Notes: generated by a model not told the origin, from the sequence alone. DNA of 64,000 nucleotides from an uncultured Verrucomicrobiae bacterium (GCA_963828525.1 CAWHEP010000014.1:288001-352000), one strand, 5' to 3'; positions 39,416-49,616 are shown, counted from the first letter of the stretch. Numbers and translations: made by a program.

Positions 39416-40008
39416 GTTTTGCGCGCGAATACCTTCAGGAAACGCTAAGAATCGTAGAGAGTCTTGATCGCGAGGCGATTGAGAAGGCGGTGGAAATCCT
39501 CGCCAATGTTCGGGCGAAGGAAGGCCGCTTGTTCATACTGGGTGTCGGGGGCAGCGCGGCGAACGCCTCCCACGCCGTAAATGATTTCCGCAAAATCTGC
39601 GGGTTTGAATGCTACGCGCCCACCGACAATGTTTCTGAACTGACGGCTCGCACCAACGATGAAGGCTGGGCGACTGTGTTCGCGGAATGGCTGCGAGGGA
39701 GCAAGCTTAACTCAAAGGACGCGTTGCTTATTCTTTCTGTGGGAGGAGGGAACATGGAGAAGAACGTGAGCCCGAATCTTGTCGCGGCGCTGAATCTGGC
39801 GAAAGAAAGAGGCGCGTCGATCCTGGGAATAGTGGGACGCGACGGCGGTTACACCGCGACCGTGGCGGACGCCTGCGTCATCATCCCTACGGTGAACCCG
39901 GAAAACGTGACTCCTCATTCGGAAGCCTTTCAGGGGATCGTCTGGCATCTTTTTGTGTCCCACCCAAAGCTCAAGGTGAACGCCACAAAGTGGGAGAGCA
40001 CCAGGTAA
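39412..40008 (+). CDS. gmhA: SIS-domain phosphoheptose isomerase
   Basis: GVGGSAANASH, TARTND, SPNLV. Confidence 0.82.
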   Translation: MSFAREYLQETLRIVESLDREAIEKAVEILANVRAKEGRLFILGVGGSAANASHAVNDFRKICGFECYAPTDNVSELTARTNDEGWATVFAEWLRGSKLNSKDALLILSVGGGNMEKNVSPNLVAALNLAKERGASILGIVGRDGGYTATVADACVIIPTVNPENVTPHSEAFQGIVWHLFVSHPKLKVNATKWESTR

Positions 40009-40033
40009 GCGAAGGGGCCGGTAGCGAATCGCG

Positions 40034-41128
40034 TCAGGCGGGCGAGAGGCTCTCGTAAATCGAAAGCAGTTCTTTCACCCGGTGCCCGCAAGTATGCCGG
40101 GCGAGGATCGTTCGAAGGCCGCGCGCTGCTTGCTCGGCAGCCATGGCAGGATCTTCCAGGAGCAACCGGATGCTTTGCTTCATCTCTTCACCATCCCGCG
40201 CTACGAGGTAATCCAGCCCGGGGGTGAACAAACCTTCTGTATCGTCCCAAGGCGCGGAGATGAGAGGAATGCCGCACGCGAGCGCCTCGAAAGGGCGGAT
40301 GGTGGGAATGCCCCTCAGCGCCTTGACATACGGACGCCTCGGCACGTGGATTGTGAAGCGATGGCGCGCGAACTCCTCCGGCGCTCGAAAGTTTGGAAGC
40401 CAGCCTCGATACCGTATGCCTGCCTTCGCGAGAGCGTCCGTCGCTTCTGGGGGATAGCGCACGCCGAAGACATCCGCGGTGAGACGCAGGCTACGCGCCG
40501 GTTCCACCAGAAACTCGTGGAGTTCCGCCGTGCGTTCCTCATCGCCCCAGTTTCCGATCCAGATCAGGTCGCCTTCCCGGGCGATGTTCGGCAAGGGACG
40601 AAACAGGCGCGTATCCGCCGCCTCGTGCCAGATCCACGCGCTATGAACCCACCTCTGCTCGAGGTAGAGATTACGAAGAACCGCCCCGTATGCGAGCGCG
40701 CCATCGTAGCCCGACAGATCATACGCGGACATTTCCGCGCGAGCGGTGATCGCCCGGTGGTGAGTATCATGAAAGAGGAGGATGTAATTTCGAGCGCTCT
40801 TCCTGTGCCGCCCGATCCGGGCTACGAGGCCGGGGTCATTCCACTCGTGAACGAGCACGAGATCCGCCCCGTCCAATGCTTCCTCCAAATCCAGGCTTGC
40901 CGGTGTATATCTGTAACTGCGGAGCAGTGGATAGGCCTCATTAAATGCCTGGATCGCGCTTTCTCCATGCTCCTCGACCATGTTGCGAACACTCCACGCG
41001 TCCGCCGGTTCAAAGATTTCCACCTGGTGCCCCGCGGCCAGGAGTTCAGACGCGACGCCGCGCAGAAAATGCGCGTTGCCGTGATTCCAATCCGAGATCA
41101 GGGAATGGTAGAAGAGAACGACTTTCAT
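40034..41128 (-). CDS. CgeB-family glycosyltransferase
   Basis: SDWNHGNAHFLRG, HDTHHRA, PTIRPFEALACGIP. Confidence 0.88.
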   Translation of the reverse strand: MKVVLFYHSLISDWNHGNAHFLRGVASELLAAGHQVEIFEPADAWSVRNMVEEHGESAIQAFNEAYPLLRSYRYTPASLDLEEALDGADLVLVHEWNDPGLVARIGRHRKSARNYILLFHDTHHRAITARAEMSAYDLSGYDGALAYGAVLRNLYLEQRWVHSAWIWHEAADTRLFRPLPNIAREGDLIWIGNWGDEERTAELHEFLVEPARSLRLTADVFGVRYPPEATDALAKAGIRYRGWLPNFRAPEEFARHRFTIHVPRRPYVKALRGIPTIRPFEALACGIPLISAPWDDTEGLFTPGLDYLVARDGEEMKQSIRLLLEDPAMAAEQAARGLRTILARHTCGHRVKELLSIYESLSPA

Positions 41129-42234
41129 CTGGCGCAAGCTGGCGCGGGTTGGCGTAGAAGGCTCGCGTAAAGCTCCGCGTAGGCATCCGCCATGCGCTCC
41201 CGGCTGAAGGATGTTGCGCGTTCCCGGGCGGCATGGCCAAGTTGGCAGCATAGCTGGCTGTCTTCGATGAGGCTGAGTAAAGACGCCCGGAGGCGGATTG
41301 GATCGTCGGGGGGGACAAAGAGGGCCGCGCCCTGCCAAAGCTCGCGAAGGCTTGGTATGTCCCCGAGGACGAGCGCGCATCCAGCAAAAGCCGCTTCCAG
41401 GATCGAGAGGCCAAACGGTTCGTAGCGGGCAGGCAGGCAGTAGATGGCGGCGCGTTCCATCCAGCGCCTGAGTTCCGGCGCGGCAAGCTGGCCAAGGCGC
41501 TCGAGATTTGCGGGCAACGCCGCCCGGCCGGAAGCGTCGTTTGCCGCGCCGGCCACAAACACGGGCCAGGGTAGGCTCTCGCAGGCTTTCCCAAAGGCGG
41601 CTATATTCTTGGCCTCGTCTCCCAGACGACCCGCCGCGAGGATGAACGGCTCCTTTGCCTGCGGCGCAAAGCCCGCGGGATCGACCCCGTTGTGAATCAC
41701 CCGCGGGCCGGGCAAATGCCCATAGTGGAAGGCGAGGCCGTCGAGCATGGCCTGTGTCGGAGCGATGACCGCCGAGGCGGAGCGGAGGCCAGTCTGAGCG
41801 CGCCGTTGATACTCCTGCCAGCTTGCGGGAGCAGCGCGCCCTTTCACGGCAAGCCACCAGGAAAGGACACAGGAATGTCCCACGCAGACGACAGGTACTT
41901 CCCATGGAAGAGCGGCGTGGGCATAGCCGTTTAGATGCGCGACATCCGGTCGCGTTTCCCGGCTGAGTCGCAGGAGCCACTCACCCGCGCGATCCACATC
42001 CTCCCAAGGCTCTGGCATCCATTCCAAAGCGAAGCTGCTTTCAAAAACCCGCGCGTTGGCGACTCCTGAAGCTTCGGATTTCTGCTGTTCAGAAACAGGA
42101 GCGCCCATGGTCGCGAGAGTGATCTGGAAGTTATGGCGCGCCAGGCCGCGCGCAAGCTCCAGGGAGTAGTTCCACACCCCGCCCACTGTGTCAGTGGTCA
42201 TCAGCAGTCGCGTGGGAGCGGCCTGCTCGCTCAT
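41125..42234 (-). CDS. Glycosyltransferase family 4
   Basis: MTTDTVGGVW, YEPFGLSILEAA. Confidence 0.92.
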   Translation of the reverse strand: MSEQAAPTRLLMTTDTVGGVWNYSLELARGLARHNFQITLATMGAPVSEQQKSEASGVANARVFESSFALEWMPEPWEDVDRAGEWLLRLSRETRPDVAHLNGYAHAALPWEVPVVCVGHSCVLSWWLAVKGRAAPASWQEYQRRAQTGLRSASAVIAPTQAMLDGLAFHYGHLPGPRVIHNGVDPAGFAPQAKEPFILAAGRLGDEAKNIAAFGKACESLPWPVFVAGAANDASGRAALPANLERLGQLAAPELRRWMERAAIYCLPARYEPFGLSILEAAFAGCALVLGDIPSLRELWQGAALFVPPDDPIRLRASLLSLIEDSQLCCQLGHAARERATSFSRERMADAYAELYASLLRQPAPACAR

Positions 42235-43271
42235 GGCTCCGCCATGCCCTCGTAGATGGCGTCGAGCGCGGCGGTCACGGCAATGATCGACTCGATACCG
42301 GGATCATAGCTCGCGGATCGCCCCAGCTTTGTGACCCAATCAACGGCGGCCCGTCCGCTCCAGTCATCAGGGGGCTGGCAAGTGCATTCGCGACGTGTGC
42401 CGGTAAACCGCTCAGCCACAAATTCCGTGAAGGAGCCGTTGAGGTTGCGCATCGAAGCCCCGCCTTCCGTTCCGTAAAAGGCAGCCTCGATCACAGCATC
42501 GCAGCCGGCATGGAGGTTCCAGGAGCAGGTCAGATTCACAGACGCCCCGCTGCTTAGATCGATGCGCGCTGTCGCGTAGTCTTCACAAGCGGCATCGCGC
42601 GACAGGAGAGGCTTCCCCTTGCAGAAAAGGCGGCTTTCTACCCGGGTGATGGCAGAAGGAAGAATCCACATCGCGCTATCCATCAAGTGAATCCCGAGGT
42701 CCATCACGCACCCGCCGCCAGACTGCCGGGGATCGTAAAACCACGGTTTTTGCGGGCCATAAGCGTTGTGGAAAACCAGGTTCGCCGCAAAAATCTCGCC
42801 TAGCGCGCCACTGCTCACCAAGGCGCGAATGTTGCGCATGGCATCCGTAAAGCGATAGGAAAGATCCACGCCAAGCAGACGGTCTGCCGCTTTTGCCGCG
42901 TCGACAGCAGTGCGCGTCTCGGCGGTATTGCGTCCAAGTGGTTTCTGACAAAATACAGCGAGTCCATGTCCGAGCGCCTCAAGCGTCTGGCTGACGTGTT
43001 GCGCGCTGGGAGTCGCGATCACAACGCCATCGAGATTCGCCTCGACGAGTTCCGCGAGTCCACTCATCTGAACGGCGCCAGGGGCGAACGCGGCGGCTTT
43101 TTGCGCAAGGTCTTCCACTGGGTCCGCGATTGCCACGATGTCCGCGAGATTCGCGCGCGCGATGGACTGGAGTCGGTTGAGGCCGATCCAGCCGACTCCC
43201 AGGAAGCCGAGTCTCGGCTTTCGGCTCGACAACCCCGCGGCAGTTAACGCGCGGTTGGATTCATCGGCCAT
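42231..43271 (-). CDS. Gfo/Idh/MocA oxidoreductase
   Basis: GVGWIG, IATPSAQH, FCQKP, GGGCVMDLGIH. Confidence 0.92.
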   Translation of the reverse strand: MADESNRALTAAGLSSRKPRLGFLGVGWIGLNRLQSIARANLADIVAIADPVEDLAQKAAAFAPGAVQMSGLAELVEANLDGVVIATPSAQHVSQTLEALGHGLAVFCQKPLGRNTAETRTAVDAAKAADRLLGVDLSYRFTDAMRNIRALVSSGALGEIFAANLVFHNAYGPQKPWFYDPRQSGGGCVMDLGIHLMDSAMWILPSAITRVESRLFCKGKPLLSRDAACEDYATARIDLSSGASVNLTCSWNLHAGCDAVIEAAFYGTEGGASMRNLNGSFTEFVAERFTGTRRECTCQPPDDWSGRAAVDWVTKLGRSASYDPGIESIIAVTAALDAIYEGMAEP

Positions 43272-44220
43272 AGGTGATCACCGCTTTCATAAATCCATCG
43301 GGCCGGGTGCTCATCGTCCGGAAGGCGTCTCCAATTTCATTCAAAGTGAAGGAATGGGTGTAGAGCGGCGTCGGATCCAGGTTCCCCGCAAGGATGGCGT
43401 CTCGAGCCTCCCGCATCCCGCGCATGTACACCGCCGGATCGCGCTCATGCGCGTTTATGACATCCATGCCGCGCCAGTTCCACATTTGCATGTTCACCTG
43501 CCTCTGGCCGTCCTGATGGTAGCCTGCGATGACAAGCTTCCCGCGCTCTCGCGTCAACTCAGCCGCCAGATCAAGCGGCCGCTGCCTGCCAGTGGCTTCG
43601 ATGACGACGTCGAAAAGCGTGTCTTTGGTAAACTCGCGCGCCGCGGCGAGGACATTCTCCTGATCGTCCATCGGTATCCACGCTTCCGCCCCGGCCGCGC
43701 GAGCAAACTCCAGGGCGTATGGCCGCCGACCGATCGCCATGATTCGCGCGCCGGACTTTGCGACAAGCCGCGTGAGAAGAGCTCCCAGAAACCCGATTCC
43801 CACGATTGCCACCGAATCACCCGGGTGAATTCCACTCCGGGACAGGATGTTCATCGCGCAGCCAAGCGGCTCTCCGGGAAAAGGCGTGTGATCCAGTTGC
43901 GGCGGCAGGCGCAGCAAAGCGTCCGCCGCTGCGGTGTCAAACTCCGCGAAAGCGTGACTCGAAATAAACGCGACGCGTTCTCCCAAGGTGCAGTCGCTCA
44001 CACCAGACCCGAGCGCGTCTATGCGTCCCCAGCCTTCATGTCCCAGCTCGCCTGGCGAGAGCGGATATGCAAACCAGGGCCGGCCTTCCCAAGGTTCCAG
44101 GTTTGAGGCGCAGACGCCGCATCCCTCCAGCTGTATGCGGACTTCGGCTGGGCCAGGAACGGGTGCCGGAGCGTCCCGGATTTCAAATTGACGCGGCGCC
44201 GCGAGCACTGCCGCTTTCAT
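43261..44220 (-). CDS. Zinc-binding (MDR) dehydrogenase
   Basis: CGVCAS, GHEGWG, GIGFLG. Confidence 0.9.
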   Translation of the reverse strand: MKAAVLAAPRQFEIRDAPAPVPGPAEVRIQLEGCGVCASNLEPWEGRPWFAYPLSPGELGHEGWGRIDALGSGVSDCTLGERVAFISSHAFAEFDTAAADALLRLPPQLDHTPFPGEPLGCAMNILSRSGIHPGDSVAIVGIGFLGALLTRLVAKSGARIMAIGRRPYALEFARAAGAEAWIPMDDQENVLAAAREFTKDTLFDVVIEATGRQRPLDLAAELTRERGKLVIAGYHQDGQRQVNMQMWNWRGMDVINAHERDPAVYMRGMREARDAILAGNLDPTPLYTHSFTLNEIGDAFRTMSTRPDGFMKAVITYGR

Positions 44221-44347
44221 TAAGCGGGTCGCTGTTGGACGAGAAAGTTAACTCCCGAGGGCATCTGATGCCGGTTGTTCGAACGACCGCGCTTTCTTGG
44301 ACGCCTTTCCGCACGCGCGGCGGCGTTCCACCAGGCGAATCCCGTTT

Positions 44348-45346
44348 ATGCTTAACGGCGCCAGAACCCGCGACAGTGTAGGAGGTTGCGAGCTGTCCGG
44401 GCCTGAACTGGCGGATGTGGGCGAGCGTTGGTCAGCCGCGATGCGCGCCGGTGACTTTGAAGCTGCCTGGAGGCAGACGGACCGCATTGAGCGGCCACGG
44501 CGGAGATCGTCGCCGCGGCTCCCGCGCGAAAAGCATCAACTCCTGTGGGACGGCGCCGGCTTTCAGGGCCGGGATGTCCTGGTGCGATGTCAGCATGGTT
44601 TGGGAGATACCATCCAGTACGCCCGCTACTTCCCGTTGTTGGGCAAGCTGGCCCGGAGTGTCACCGTGCTGGCGCAGCCTCACCTGCTTGGATTGCTGCG
44701 GGGGATGGAGGGAGTGGATGTTCTGCTGGACGCATGGACCGAAAACCCGGATCCGCCAAGCGACGTCGAAATAGAATGCATGGAGTTCCCCTACGCGTTT
44801 CGACATACCCAAGAGACGATCCCGCGGAGAATTCCCTACCTGCCAACGGCAGCCCTTCACGCAAGGACGAAGGCCCACCCGGCGCCCTCGGAACTCAGGG
44901 TGGGCATTGTCTGGGCGGCGAGCGCATGGGATGAGAGCCGGTCGATTCCGCTTTCGATGCTGGAATCTATCGGCTCGGAGGACGGGTTGCGGCTTTTTTC
45001 CCTCCAGCAGGGCCCGGAGCAGGCGCAGGTCGCGGAGGTTGCTTTTCAAGTCGACACGCTGTCGTCGAGCACAACCGAGATCGCGGACGCGGCGGCTGCG
45101 ATGCTGGAACTGGATTGCATTGTGAGCGTTGACACAATGGCGGCGCATCTCGCGGGCGCGCTGGGCGCTCCGGTCTGGCTGCTGCTCGCTTGCCAGGCGG
45201 ATTGGCGCTGGATGTCAGGTCGCGGGGATTCGCCATGGTATCCGACCATGCGTATCCTGCGGCAGCCAACTCCCGGCGACTGGGCTTCTGTAGTAAGGGA
45301 ACTTCGCTCCGAACTGATCGGGCGCCGGAATCGCGAAATCCCCTAG
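44348..45346 (+). CDS. GT9-like (heptosyltransferase-like) glycosyltransferase
   Basis: HGLGDTIQYARY, RVGIVWA, SVDTMAAHLAGALG, DWRW...SPWYP. Confidence 0.8.
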   Translation: MLNGARTRDSVGGCELSGPELADVGERWSAAMRAGDFEAAWRQTDRIERPRRRSSPRLPREKHQLLWDGAGFQGRDVLVRCQHGLGDTIQYARYFPLLGKLARSVTVLAQPHLLGLLRGMEGVDVLLDAWTENPDPPSDVEIECMEFPYAFRHTQETIPRRIPYLPTAALHARTKAHPAPSELRVGIVWAASAWDESRSIPLSMLESIGSEDGLRLFSLQQGPEQAQVAEVAFQVDTLSSSTTEIADAAAAMLELDCIVSVDTMAAHLAGALGAPVWLLLACQADWRWMSGRGDSPWYPTMRILRQPTPGDWASVVRELRSELIGRRNREIP

Positions 45347-45405
45347 GCGACAATAAGGTCTAAGTGGAAGTCCACCCCACCAGAGCGGTTCGAAGCACAA
45401 TTACC

Positions 45406-45804
45406 ATGAACAAAAATATATCCAAATTAATCGTAGTGATGGCGAGCGGGTGCATGACACTCAGCGCCATGGGGCAAAGCGGCGTCAGCTCGACCGGGTC
45501 AGGGACGGGCGCGACGGGAAGCACCACGTCTGCGACCGGCAGCACTAGCGGCGGCGGGATCACCGGGTTAAACGGGACCACTGGCACCACTGGCACCACT
45601 GGCACTGGGACAACCGGCGGGACGACATCCTCGACGGCAGGCACGGGGATGACCGGCACGACGAGCACCGGGGTGACGGGAACAACTGGAACAACCGGGA
45701 CGACCAGCTCCACCGGGACGGGTGTGACGGGATCAACCGGCGTTGGGGGAAGCACGGGAACCACCTCCTCCGGGGTCACAAATGGCGGAGTGACAGGCAG
45801 GTAG
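45406..45804 (+). CDS. Secreted Gly/Thr/Ser-rich low-complexity protein (132 aa)
   Basis: Signal peptide [23 protein letters not shown], then GTT/GST repeats with varied third-codon positions. Confidence 0.8.
   Translation: MNKNISKLIVVMASGCMTLSAMGQSGVSSTGSGTGATGSTTSATGSTSGGGITGLNGTTGTTGTTGTGTTGGTTSSTAGTGMTGTTSTGVTGTTGTTGTTSSTGTGVTGSTGVGGSTGTTSSGVTNGGVTGR
45577..45603 (+). repeat. Tandem 9-mer (ACCACTGGC)x3 encoding TTG repeats
   Basis: accactggcaccactggcaccactggc read directly. Confidence 0.85.
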
Positions 45805-45835
45805 TCTTGGCGGAAAAAGACCCGAGCTTGAACGC

Positions 45836-47413
45836 GTGAGCAGCGGGGGCTCCGTGGTCACCGCGCATGGGCCGACAGCACTCGCATCGAGTGCTGCCGG
45901 CTCCTCGGTTGTACAGGCAGGGGCAGAGATTCGGCAAACGCTGCTTGGGGGCTGGTTCGAGTTTTTCGAGATCGACATTAGGGCGCTCGTTGCGCTCCGG
46001 ATGGCGCTTGGGTCATTGTTGCTCTGGGATCTCGCCGACCGCGCGACCGATCTGCGCGCTCATTACACAGACTTCGGTGTTCTTCCGCGGTCCGTGCTGC
46101 TCGAGAAATTCCTGACGGCACCGTGGTGCGTCTGCGTTCACCTTGCGGGCGGGGGCGTGGCGATCCAGTTCGCTTTGTTTGTCATCGCGGCGGCTGCGGC
46201 GGCGTGCCTGCTTGTGGGTTACCGCGCAAGAGCAGCGACGGCTCTCTCGTGGTTTCTGTTGATGTCCTTGCACTCACGCAACCCTCTCGTCCTGCAGGGG
46301 GGCGATACGCTCCTGAGGATGATGCTCTTCTGGGGTATGTTCCTTCCGTTGGGGCGAGTCTGTTCTCTCGATCACCCAGAGACGTCCCCGCCAGGCGGGC
46401 GACGCGGAGTGAATTCCGTCGCCGGTGCCGCTCTTTTATTGCAGATCGCGTTTGTCTATTGGTTCTCCGCCGCGCTGAAGAGCGACCCAATCTGGACCAC
46501 CCAATATAGCGCGATCTACTATGCTTTGAGCTTGGATCATTTTGTGACGCGCTTTGGGAAGCTGTTGCTGCCTTACCCCTCCCTGCTTCATGTTTTGACC
46601 TTTGGCGCGCTATGGTGGGAACGCCTTGGCCCTGTGCTGGCATTTGCTCCCGTTCGAAGGCTCGCGTGGTTGCGCGTGTTTGCGGTTACCGGTTTCTGGG
46701 CTTTCCACGCGGGAATGGCTCTCTGCCTTAATCTCGGTCTCTTCCCATGGATCTGTTGCGTGGCCTGGATGGTTTTTCTTCCACCCGCTGTGTGGGACCG
46801 CCTGCTACCTGCCGTCTCGCCCGCGCTGGAGTGGGCGCGTTCCCGTGTTGACTCGATGTACTCCAGGTCCCGAAGAGCGGTTGTCTCGACGGACGCGCGC
46901 GACTCCGTGCCTTGCCAGATTCTGGCGGCCATTTTTTTGGTCTATGTGCTGCTTTGGAATATTCGCACGGTGGCTCCCGCGCCGTTGGCCACGGTTTTCC
47001 CGGAGGAGGCCAACTGGCTGGGGCAACTCACGAGGGTGGATCAGCTCTGGGATATGTTCGCTCCTTCGCCACTGCGAGAGGGAGGCTGGTTCGTTATGCC
47101 CGCTCAACTCCGAAACGGAAAGGAAGTGGACATCTTCAGGCGCGGCGCGGCGGTCACGTGGAGCAAACCCTCGCACGTGGCTGACGACTACAAGAACGAC
47201 AGGTGGAGAAAGTATCTCGTGGTGCTCGCGGAGGCCGCGAATACAGACGTACGGCTGCCATACGCCCGCTATCTTGCGGAGACATGGAATCGCGGGCGCG
47301 CCCCCCGCGAGCAGGTGAAAACGATGCAGATGTATCTGATGATGGAGGTTACGCTTCCCGGCAACGCGAGGAGCGCTCCGAAGCCCATCCTTTTGTTTTC
47401 CTACAAGGCTTGA
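45836..47413 (+). CDS. HTTM-domain membrane protein (SdpB / vitamin K-dependent carboxylase-like)
   Basis: LVGYRAR, SLHSRNP...GGD, SLD, QIAFVYWFSAALK; C-terminal QLWDMFAPSP and RWRKY. Confidence 0.85.
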   Translation: MSSGGSVVTAHGPTALASSAAGSSVVQAGAEIRQTLLGGWFEFFEIDIRALVALRMALGSLLLWDLADRATDLRAHYTDFGVLPRSVLLEKFLTAPWCVCVHLAGGGVAIQFALFVIAAAAAACLLVGYRARAATALSWFLLMSLHSRNPLVLQGGDTLLRMMLFWGMFLPLGRVCSLDHPETSPPGGRRGVNSVAGAALLLQIAFVYWFSAALKSDPIWTTQYSAIYYALSLDHFVTRFGKLLLPYPSLLHVLTFGALWWERLGPVLAFAPVRRLAWLRVFAVTGFWAFHAGMALCLNLGLFPWICCVAWMVFLPPAVWDRLLPAVSPALEWARSRVDSMYSRSRRAVVSTDARDSVPCQILAAIFLVYVLLWNIRTVAPAPLATVFPEEANWLGQLTRVDQLWDMFAPSPLREGGWFVMPAQLRNGKEVDIFRRGAAVTWSKPSHVADDYKNDRWRKYLVVLAEAANTDVRLPYARYLAETWNRGRAPREQVKTMQMYLMMEVTLPGNARSAPKPILLFSYKA

Positions 47414-49299
47414 TGAGGTTGTTCTCCCTGCTGTTCGGAAGACCGCTGGCCACCAACGAGGCAGACTCGCAGCGGGTCGGACCCCTTACCGGGGTGCCAA
47501 TCCTCGGGCTGGATGCTCTTGGCTCAGCCTCCTATGGCCCGGAGGCGGCGCTTACAATTCTGATACCCTTGGGGGCGGTGGGCCTTGGCTATGTCAGGGA
47601 GGTTGTCGCCGTCATACTCGCTCTCCTTCTCATTCTCTATTTTTCCTACAGGCAGACCATCGCTGCCTACCCAGGGGGCGGGGGTTCTTACACAGTGGCG
47701 GCGGAGAACCTGGGCAGGCGGGCTGGCCTTGTCGCGGCGGCTTCCTTGCTGCTGGACTACGTCCTCAATGCCGCGGTTGGCATCTCAGCAGGCGTCGGAG
47801 CGTTGGAGTCGGCAGTGCCGCAACTTCAGCAGCACACGCTGGGGCTCGCCCTTGCCGTGCTCGCGTTGGTGACGCTGGTGAATCTGCGAGGAGCGCGCGA
47901 ATCAGGCCTCGCATGGAGCATCCCGACCTATACCTTCATCGGAAGCCTTCTGTTTGTCCTCGGCGTCGGGATTTGGAAGACGATCCAGAGCGGCGGCCAC
48001 CCCCAGCCTGTTGTAGCGCCCGCGGCGCTTCCAGCGGCCACCGCGACCGTTAGCGCATGGCTGATCATCCGGGCCTTTGCAAGTGGGTGCACTGCAATGA
48101 CAGGCGTCGAGGCGGTGAGCAATGGTGTCCCCATCTTCTCTGAGCCGCGCGTAAAGAAGGCCCAGGCGACACTTACCATCATCTGCGGCATCCTGGGACT
48201 GCTCCTGGGAGGAGTCGCGTTCATTTCAAGGGCCTATGGAATCGGGGCGCAGGATCAGCAGCAACCCGGTTACCAAAGCGTCATTTCACAACTGGTCGCG
48301 GCCGTCATGGGGCGGGGAGTGCTGTATTACGTGACGATTTCGAGCGTCCTCGCCGTGTTGACTCTCTCCGCGAACACGAGTTTCGCCGGTTTTCCCCGCT
48401 TGTGCCGCCTTCTTGCCGAGGATGGTTACTTGCCAGCCAGCTTTGCCAGCCTCGGACGCCGTCTTGTCTATACCCGTGGCATAATCGTGCTCTCCGCCCT
48501 GGCTGCCATGCTCCTGATCATCTTTGGAGGCATCACTGACAGGTTAATCCCTCTGTTCGCCGTCGGGGCGTTCGCGGCGTTCACCTTCTCACAAGCCGGG
48601 ATGGTGGTGCATTGGTGGCGACGGAACTTTGGGCGCGTCGATATATCCCTTGTTGTCAATGGCTTGGGAGCACTGGCTACCGGGGCAGCGCTGGTCGTCA
48701 TCATCGTGGCCAAATTCACGGAGGGCGCGTGGGTGAGCCTCCTGGTCATAGCGGTGTTTGTCGCAATGTTTAGCGGGATCCATCGGCACTATAAGCGTGT
48801 GGCAGCGGAACTGTGCGCCCCGCGAATACTGGAAGTGACAAAGGCGCGGCAGGTGCTCGTGCTGGTACCGATGAATGGATGGAATCGCATGACCGAACGC
48901 GCCTTGCAGTTTGCGCTGAGGCTGTCGGGAGAAATCACGGCCGTGCATATTAGCTACAGTGAGAATGCGCATAACGAACTGAAGAGTTCATGGAACGAAA
49001 GGGTGGTGAAACCCGCGGAATCCTGTGGCATTACCGCGCCGAAACTGGCTGTGATCAATTCTCCATACAGGCAATTCTTCCAGCCATTCCTCGACTTTGT
49101 GGAGAGCGCAAAGCAGGAGCACCCGGATCAGCTTGTCGCCATCGTCATACCCGAGCTGGTTGAACCGAGATGGTGGGAATATCTGCTGCATAACAATACG
49201 GCGGCTACGCTAAAGGCGCTCCTGCTATTCAAAGGCGACGAGCGGGTGGTGGTGATCAGCACACCGTGGTATCTTAGGGATCGCGACGCGAAGAAATAA
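47413..49299 (+). CDS. APC-family permease, KimA/YdaO-like (probable K+ transporter)
   Basis: DALGSASYGPE, SYRQTIAAYPGGGGSY, GCTAMTGVEA, LIPLFAVG, SPYR, LHN. Confidence 0.9.
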   Translation: MRLFSLLFGRPLATNEADSQRVGPLTGVPILGLDALGSASYGPEAALTILIPLGAVGLGYVREVVAVILALLLILYFSYRQTIAAYPGGGGSYTVAAENLGRRAGLVAAASLLLDYVLNAAVGISAGVGALESAVPQLQQHTLGLALAVLALVTLVNLRGARESGLAWSIPTYTFIGSLLFVLGVGIWKTIQSGGHPQPVVAPAALPAATATVSAWLIIRAFASGCTAMTGVEAVSNGVPIFSEPRVKKAQATLTIICGILGLLLGGVAFISRAYGIGAQDQQQPGYQSVISQLVAAVMGRGVLYYVTISSVLAVLTLSANTSFAGFPRLCRLLAEDGYLPASFASLGRRLVYTRGIIVLSALAAMLLIIFGGITDRLIPLFAVGAFAAFTFSQAGMVVHWWRRNFGRVDISLVVNGLGALATGAALVVIIVAKFTEGAWVSLLVIAVFVAMFSGIHRHYKRVAAELCAPRILEVTKARQVLVLVPMNGWNRMTERALQFALRLSGEITAVHISYSENAHNELKSSWNERVVKPAESCGITAPKLAVINSPYRQFFQPFLDFVESAKQEHPDQLVAIVIPELVEPRWWEYLLHNNTAATLKALLLFKGDERVVVISTPWYLRDRDAKK

Positions 49300-49316
49300 C
49301 CGCTTCATTTTGTAAT

Positions 49317-49550
49317 ATGGCCTTAGGAACCAAAGGACGGCAGAGCCAAACGGCGGAAACGTGCCGCCAGCATTTGCGGGATAAATACCGCGAGCGCGCG
49401 GGGCTTGTGGAAGAGTTCCTCCGGGAATTTGAAGGCACTGGGAAAGCGCAGAACCCGCTGCGGTGGGGCGAGTTCCGGGATAGCAAAGATGACCAGGCAG
49501 AAATGCTTGGCAGGCTGGACGAGTACTTTGAAAAGTGGCTGAACCCCTGA
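49317..49550 (+). CDS. Small hypothetical protein
   Basis: 77-aa ORF with ATG and helical composition, filling an intergenic gap. Confidence 0.5.
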   Translation: MALGTKGRQSQTAETCRQHLRDKYRERAGLVEEFLREFEGTGKAQNPLRWGEFRDSKDDQAEMLGRLDEYFEKWLNP

Positions 49551-49616
49551 GACGCGATTGCGATTCAGACTCAACGTTTCCTTTGCGCCAGCGCGCGGAG
49601 TTCCTATGCTGACGGC

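Noticed and set aside
45480..45800. CRISPR-like or non-coding repeat array
   Set aside because: The repeats are codon-phased within an ORF; there is no repeat-spacer structure and no cas genes.
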